This document shows, one piece after another, positions 7,305 through 10,805 of a DNA stretch of 10,805 nt. Source of the DNA: an uncultured Methanosarcinaceae archaeon (GTDB taxonomy: Archaea > Halobacteriota > Methanosarcinia > Methanosarcinales > Methanosarcinaceae). The notes under the pieces were generated by a model. It was not told the DNA's origin. It saw only the letters and a list, made by a program, of their open reading frames with translations, and searched no databases. Where the stretch lies: the NCBI GenBank assembly GCA_963721455.1, contig CAVRJG010000029.1, positions 1 through 10,805 on the forward strand, read 5' to 3'. A program made the translations under genes and the position numbers. Numbering within the stretch: position 1 is the stretch's first letter; the number at the start of each line of letters is the position of its first letter.

Positions 7305-7606
7305 ACATCCTGTTTTTCAACCCTAATTTTCCTTTTAATCTGTGACTTTTGCTTAAGGACCGGTAAAGCAAGAGGCATTCACACTCCAATAGCATATCAT
7401 TGGAACAAATCTATGCAGACAGGAAAAATAAAATTATGGGCGGAGCTGGGAGAAATATAGCTTGAAACAATGCGTATTTTATACAAACCAAACATTTCAA
7501 GCGGCTCTTGTTGAAGTATGGAAAGTTAATTTGCTGGCATTTATTTTCTCGATGTGAATGTTATTCATCCCTGCACCGGATGCCAGTTTAAGAGTCGTTC
7601 CTGCTC

Positions 7607-8206
7607 TTATTTGATTTTTTGTTTTGATTCATGGAATCTCCTCGCAAGCTCACAGATCTGTTCTGCAACCTCTAGCGGGTCTCTACCAACAAAAATACTC
7701 ACTGGCTCTTTTCCGACTGCACCTGTCTCGCAGAAGACTTTAGGGACTCTTTCCCCGGCAGCTCGAATAGCTTCCGCGACCTCCCACGGTACGGAAGCTT
7801 CATCCACATATTTAATAGCTTCAGGTTCAAAACGCTTGTCTATACCTGAAAATACCCACCCTTTTTCTTTACAGTAATCTTTTAAAAAACCGGCTATCTC
7901 CGGGGTATTTGCAAAATCTATTGCAGAGCTTATTTCAGGGTTTCCTTTTCGGATTTCCAGAATAAGATGTGCCATATAGCTCGAAGCCCCGAATTTTATT
8001 TTTCCTGAAGCTCGTGGAAGTCCATCAACTACGGTAATCCTACCGTCAACTGCAAGAACATCCTCGGGAGTGGTTGATTCTCTTGATGCATAGACAAAAT
8101 TCGTTCTAACTTCGGGAATCAAGAATGAGAATTCTTTACAACTTTCGATTTGTTCAAGAGCGAGATATAAACGCCCCATCATGTCTATCTTTTCATTGAG
8201 ATCCAT
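7607..8206 (-). CDS. Stand-alone ThiN (thiamine-phosphate synthase, ThiP_synth)-domain protein
   Basis: LIPEVRTNFVYA, DVLAVDGRI, FGASS.MA, DKRFEP and G.VGKEP motifs. No ThiD or HTH is fused. Start is ATG 8206 or GTG 8215. Confidence 0.85.
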   Translation of the reverse strand: MDLNEKIDMMGRLYLALEQIESCKEFSFLIPEVRTNFVYASRESTTPEDVLAVDGRITVVDGLPRASGKIKFGASSYMAHLILEIRKGNPEISSAIDFANTPEIAGFLKDYCKEKGWVFSGIDKRFEPEAIKYVDEASVPWEVAEAIRAAGERVPKVFCETGAVGKEPVSIFVGRDPLEVAEQICELARRFHESKQKIK

Positions 8207-8351
8207 AACTATCACGGCCCCCCATGGCAGCAGTTAATCTTATGAATATTTTTGTTATTCCGCCTCTGCGAGGTTGAACTGTCGCCGGTCAGACAACAGC
8301 ATGTAAAGCAACTTACGGGAAACTAGCAGTTATGAATTTGTATTTTGTTAA

Positions 8352-8360
8352 ATATATAAT
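8352..8360 (-). promoter_or_regulatory. Candidate TATA box for the ThiN-domain gene (TTATATAT)
   Basis: Minus strand reads gataaTTATATATttaac, about 145 bp upstream of the start. Confidence 0.4.
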
Positions 8361-8390
8361 TATCGAGCAGCTCTGCATCCAAAATACTAC

Positions 8391-8433
8391 AAAATAATAA
8401 GAATAAGAATAAAAATAAAAATAATAAGAATAA
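8391..8433. repeat. Low-complexity AATAA(G/A) tandem repeat
   Basis: aaaataataagaataagaataaaaataaaaataataagaataa. Confidence 0.6.
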
Positions 8434-8519
8434 CTCTGATTAAAAAACATATTCGGGACTCATAGTATCTAAACAACAGAAAATATTTAAACAGCAGAAG
8501 AGTTGAAAACATTAACGAC

Positions 8520-8592
8520 AATTTTTAAAAAATTTGAGGTTTTATACACCTCAAAAATTAAAAATTTGGATCTATAATAAAGTTTGATCCAA
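8520..8592 (-). terminator. Two inverted repeats with T-tracts downstream of the wHTH gene
   Basis: TTTGAGGT/ACCTCAAA (8533-8555) with AT-rich extension, and TTGGATC/GATCCAA (8566-8592). Confidence 0.45.
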
Positions 8593-8615
8593 TTACACAA
8601 AAGAGCATTTTTAAT

Positions 8616-8870
8616 TCATAAGGCAAGAACGCTGATTACAGATCTATTTATTTCATAAAGACTCTGACGTGAATCAATGAAATAAAAACGTTCCATTAAG
8701 ATCTTTTCTTCCTTTAGCCTGTTTAGTGCATATCTGACTGTGCGTGAAGGAAGTATCGTTTCACGGATTATCTCTTTTTGTGTCATCTGCCCTTTTGCCT
8801 CAAGGGTTTTAAATACAAGCTTTGCCGAAGGAGGCAGCTTTTCAAGTTTTTCGTAGTTTATGTCATTCAA
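8616..8870 (-). CDS. Small archaeal winged-helix DNA-binding protein (MarR/TrmB-like, LPPSAKLV family), about 84 aa
   Basis: LPPSAKLVFKTL...MTQKEII.ET.LPSRTVRYALNRL...DSRQSLY is a conserved euryarchaeal small HTH signature. The TTG start is uncertain. Confidence 0.88.
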   Translation of the reverse strand: MNDINYEKLEKLPPSAKLVFKTLEAKGQMTQKEIIRETILPSRTVRYALNRLKEEKILMERFYFIDSRQSLYEINRSVISVLAL

Positions 8871-9462
8871 AGATTCATTTTCAACAAAAACGATCCCTCA
8901 TAGTGAATCACCATTACCCTAGAAGAATTCTTTATTTTTAAACCTATTGGTTCAAATTCCGCAAACAAGCACAAAAAGATTGATTTATTACCCAATAATG
9001 CAAAAATGATCTTATTAATAAAGATAAATTAGCATAATTGTGCCTTCAAGTATCCCAAATGGAGAAATACCCGGAAGGCCGTTATATGGGTTTTCCCTCT
9101 GATTTAGTAAGTAAAAGCCTGAGATGAGTTAGTTCGTTAATACGATCAGATCAAATGTCTCATCCATGCACGAGACCGCAAATTCATGGAAATGTTTCAT
9201 ATTATCCGACATCTCCTCGTAGATCGAATGGGAGACATATGGTTATATGTGGTTTTTTGTCAGGATTTTTTTTAAGTTCAAGATAAAGGTCCTTAAAAAC
9301 TTCAATCAGAGTTTCAGGCTAATACGTCTGATTATTCTGATATGGCCCGTTCCCTCCGAATCGATCATAGTTTGGTAACTGTTGTTTTGCTTCAGATTTT
9401 GGTTACTTAATCCCACTATTTTTACCGCAATGTATGATTTTCAATATTTCACCACATGAATC

Positions 9463-9506
9463 TTCACAATTGTGAACAATACAAACATTCAATTCACAAT
9501 TGTGAA
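9463..9506. promoter_or_regulatory. Tandem perfect palindromes TTCACAATTGTGAA (x2), candidate operator pair
   Basis: Identical 14-bp palindromes at 9463-9476 and 9493-9506, both followed by CA, with a 30-bp period. A minus-strand TATA-like TTTTATAA lies at about 9524-9531. Confidence 0.7.
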
Positions 9507-9665
9507 CATCCTTCGATCTTAAGTTATAAAAATGTTGTGTTTCCAGATTCTGTGAAAGAAGGATATAAACTGGAAAATAGGCTTTGTGTAGAGAATAAGT
9601 TTTATGTTGATCTCTTACACAAAACTTTTGTTCTCTTACACAGATTTATCCGAAACTCAGATTTG

Positions 9666-9705
9666 ATTTAATTTAATTTAATTTAATTTAATTTAATTTA
9701 ATTTA
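9666..9705. repeat. Pentanucleotide simple repeat (ATTTA)8
   Basis: Eight perfect units preceded by a degenerate ATTTG. Confidence 0.95.
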
Positions 9706-9714
9706 AATAGATTT

Positions 9715-10805
9715 CATTGGTCATCGGTTAAGAACTTACTTCCATCTTCCAATAGTGTTTTTCATTTCACCGTTTCATTCAAACCATTCTTCTCTGAACC
9801 TTTCTCTGTTTACATGTGGATCCAATGCTTGACTTTCGTATACACTCATTATCGTTTCAAAAGTCCTTTCAATTCCACATCTATGTAGAATCACTGTCAA
9901 TAAATTTGATGCGTTTTCAGCAAATATTATGCTCCATCTCTCTTGAGTATATCGAACCATTTTCTCAGGATGAGCAGCATTGCTCTTTACAAGAGAATAA
10001 ATTCTTCTGCTAACGATTAATGTCAACATTGCTGTCCAGATTAGAGCTTCAATTACCTGTTCATTCTTTGTATCCAGAACGTCAAGCGCGTATTTGCTTT
10101 TTAACTCCTTGAAAAGCAGCTCTATGTCCCATCTTGCTCCATATAATTTTGCAATGTCTTTTGCATTCAAAACATCTTACTGAATATTTGTGATGTATAT
10201 GTGGTGCTTTTCATCTTCATCATTATATACCGCAACAAGACGTACACACATCTCATCCTGTTTTTGCTTGCCTTTGTATGCTCTTCTTTTAAACTTTATT
10301 TTCACAACAGCATCAAGATCTTTTCCTGAAAGTTGCTTAATACACTCACTAACAGGTTTTCCAGCGAACTCTTTGCTTTTTGTCTTAGAAAGTCCCTCTT
10401 CAACAGAAACAAGAATAGGATCCATATTCTTCCTAATTCTTGAAACAAAATATCCTCCGTTTTCCTCAACTCTTGTAAACATTTGAGTTTTATAAAAACC
10501 AAGATCAACAAGAAGAATACGGTCTTTGATCCAGGAACCAATTTTCAATGTTTTGATCTCAGCTGTTTTTTCAGAGTACAGAGCAACTGTTTTAGGTCCA
10601 TTAGCAACTGCACTTACCATAACTCCCACTTTTACTCCAGCAGCTACTGTTCTTGCTCTTGCTGCTGGAAACTTGTCTAATAAAGAGGAGTGAAGACGAA
10701 CAATTGTGCTGTCCTGAATGAGAACATCCTGGAAGTTTTCGAGTTTTTTGCTAAGTTTTCTACCAGGTTCTTTTGCAAGCTCTTCTATGCCGTGAATAAC
10801 ACACT
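9715..10805 (-). mobile_element. IS4-family (ISH8 group) insertion sequence, 3' part; continues beyond the window
   Basis: Probable terminal repeat starting CATTGGTCATCGGTTAAG at 9715, 60 bp past the transposase stop. The other end and the TSD are not visible. Confidence 0.8.
9775..10805 (-). pseudogene. IS4-family transposase with premature TAA at 10179-10177
   Basis: One continuous frame from the window edge: ...DVLIQDSTIVRL...LLVDLGFY...YITNIQ*DVLNAKDIAKLYGARWDIELLFKELKS (DDE triad and YREK signature). The two track ORFs are in the same frame, separated only by the TAA. Confidence 0.9.

Noticed and set aside
7321-7329. CCCTAATTT resembling the MITE end
   Set aside because: Only 9 bp in AT-rich DNA, with no partner repeat or TSD.
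7554-7877. 107-aa plus-strand ORF with an N-terminal CxxC
   Set aside because: It is antisense to the well-supported ThiN-domain gene.
8216-8340. TPP riboswitch upstream of the ThiN gene
   Set aside because: The conserved CUGAGA and CCUGA...GGGA elements are not present in the right arrangement.
9463-9508. CRISPR mini-array
   Set aside because: Only two 16-bp repeats with a 14-bp spacer, and no cas genes.
9456-9671. 71-aa ORF with repeated HNCE
   Set aside because: The repeat is the translation of the two DNA palindromes. A regulatory explanation is simpler and there is no SD.
9816-10680. ORFs 9816-10013, 10190-10486, 10302-10541 and 10483-10680
   Set aside because: They are shadow frames of the IS4 transposase.

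Overview
AT-rich archaeal DNA, almost certainly Methanosarcina (judged from the MsvR-type regulator, PAS/HisKA_2 kinase and the IS types). From left to right: (1) msvR, an ArsR-HTH + V4R redox regulator on the minus strand. It is divergent from a pspA-pspAA operon, and an MsvR-type TTCG-N8-CGAA box lies between back-to-back TATA boxes. (2) A convergent universal stress protein gene. (3) A PAS-PAS-HisKA_2-HATPase sensor kinase split by a 1775-bp IS66-family element (3038-4812, palindromic 8-bp TSD). The IS transposase carries an in-frame amber codon (possible pyrrolysine read-through) and a frameshift. (4) A 196-bp MITE with a 6-bp TSD. (5) A lipoprotein gene whose N-terminal half is missed by the ORF track and which lacks an in-frame start next to an A7 tract. 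(6) A three-hairpin sRNA candidate with C/U-rich loops. (7) A stand-alone, apparently degenerate ThiN-domain gene. (8) A small winged-helix regulator with a long upstream region carrying two perfect 14-bp palindromes. (9) An (ATTTA)8 repeat and the 3' part of an IS4/ISH8-group element with a nonsense codon. The best candidate for a new system is redox (MsvR) control of an archaeal PspA/PspAA membrane-stress module. All family calls are from motif recognition; no searches were run.
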